Below, one piece after another: positions 5,114-5,148 of a DNA stretch of 5,148 bases. Each line of letters begins with the position of its first letter. The first letter of the stretch is position 1. The notes beneath the pieces were generated by a model, which saw only the letters and a program-made list of their open reading frames with translations, was not told where the DNA came from and did not search any database. The stretch comes from Verrucomicrobia bacterium UBA3869 (GTDB lineage Bacteria; Verrucomicrobiota; Verrucomicrobiia; Opitutales; UBA9783), in contig DGGR01000031.1 in NCBI GenBank assembly GCA_002392285.1, positions 1 to 5,148 of the forward strand. The letters run 5' to 3'. The translations under genes and the position numbers were made by a program.

Positions 5114-5148
5114 ATGAAAAAAGTTTATACTTTTTTAGGGTATAAGTC
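5114..5148 (+). CDS. Possible 5' end of a CDS running off the right edge (MKKVYTFLGYK...)
   Basis: The frame is open from 5063 to the window end, with an ATG at 5114 and an MKK-type N-terminus. Only 11 codons are visible and there is no SD, so this is very weakly supported. Confidence 0.2.
   Translation, partial: MKKVYTFLGYK

Noticed and set aside
1-5148. Search for tRNA/rRNA, CRISPR repeats, IS-element terminal repeats or transposase, integrase or att-like sites, toxin-antitoxin pairs or known defence genes
   Set aside because: I could see no periodic direct repeats, cloverleaf-compatible segments, transposase or integrase-like ORFs, or long terminal inverted repeats. All substantial ORFs are explained by housekeeping families. 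This was a visual scan only and should be confirmed with tRNAscan-SE, Infernal, ISfinder and DefenseFinder-type tools.

Overview
This 5.1 kb window looks like ordinary bacterial chromosome, with six protein-coding genes and no recognisable RNA gene, CRISPR array, mobile element or known defence system. On the minus strand, 1-2112 holds a tightly packed apparent operon. It comprises a thymidine/pyrimidine-nucleoside phosphorylase (TP/PyNP) family protein (772-2112), a small DUF721/DciA-like protein (396-788) and the N-terminus of a polytopic membrane protein (1-385, not in the ORF track). A 202-bp divergent control region (2113-2314) leads into thiE (2315-2950) and thiD (3005/2981-3799) on the plus strand. 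thiD overlaps the 3' end of a convergent uppP/bacA gene (3777-4673, minus) by 23 bp. The last ~440-475 bp (4674-5148) are AT-rich, about 35% G+C by hand count against mid-40s or higher in sampled coding lines, and contain no convincing gene. The most unusual observation is that the TP/PyNP homologue is intact and full length, yet its phosphate-binding and pyrimidine-binding signature motifs are substituted. That suggests a repurposed or pseudo-enzyme, apparently co-transcribed (possibly translationally coupled) with the DciA-like gene. All other findings are modest. Every homology call is a by-eye comparison with remembered family sequences (E. coli DeoA, Geobacillus PyNP, E. coli ThiD and UppP, B. 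subtilis ThiE) and needs HMM or BLAST confirmation.
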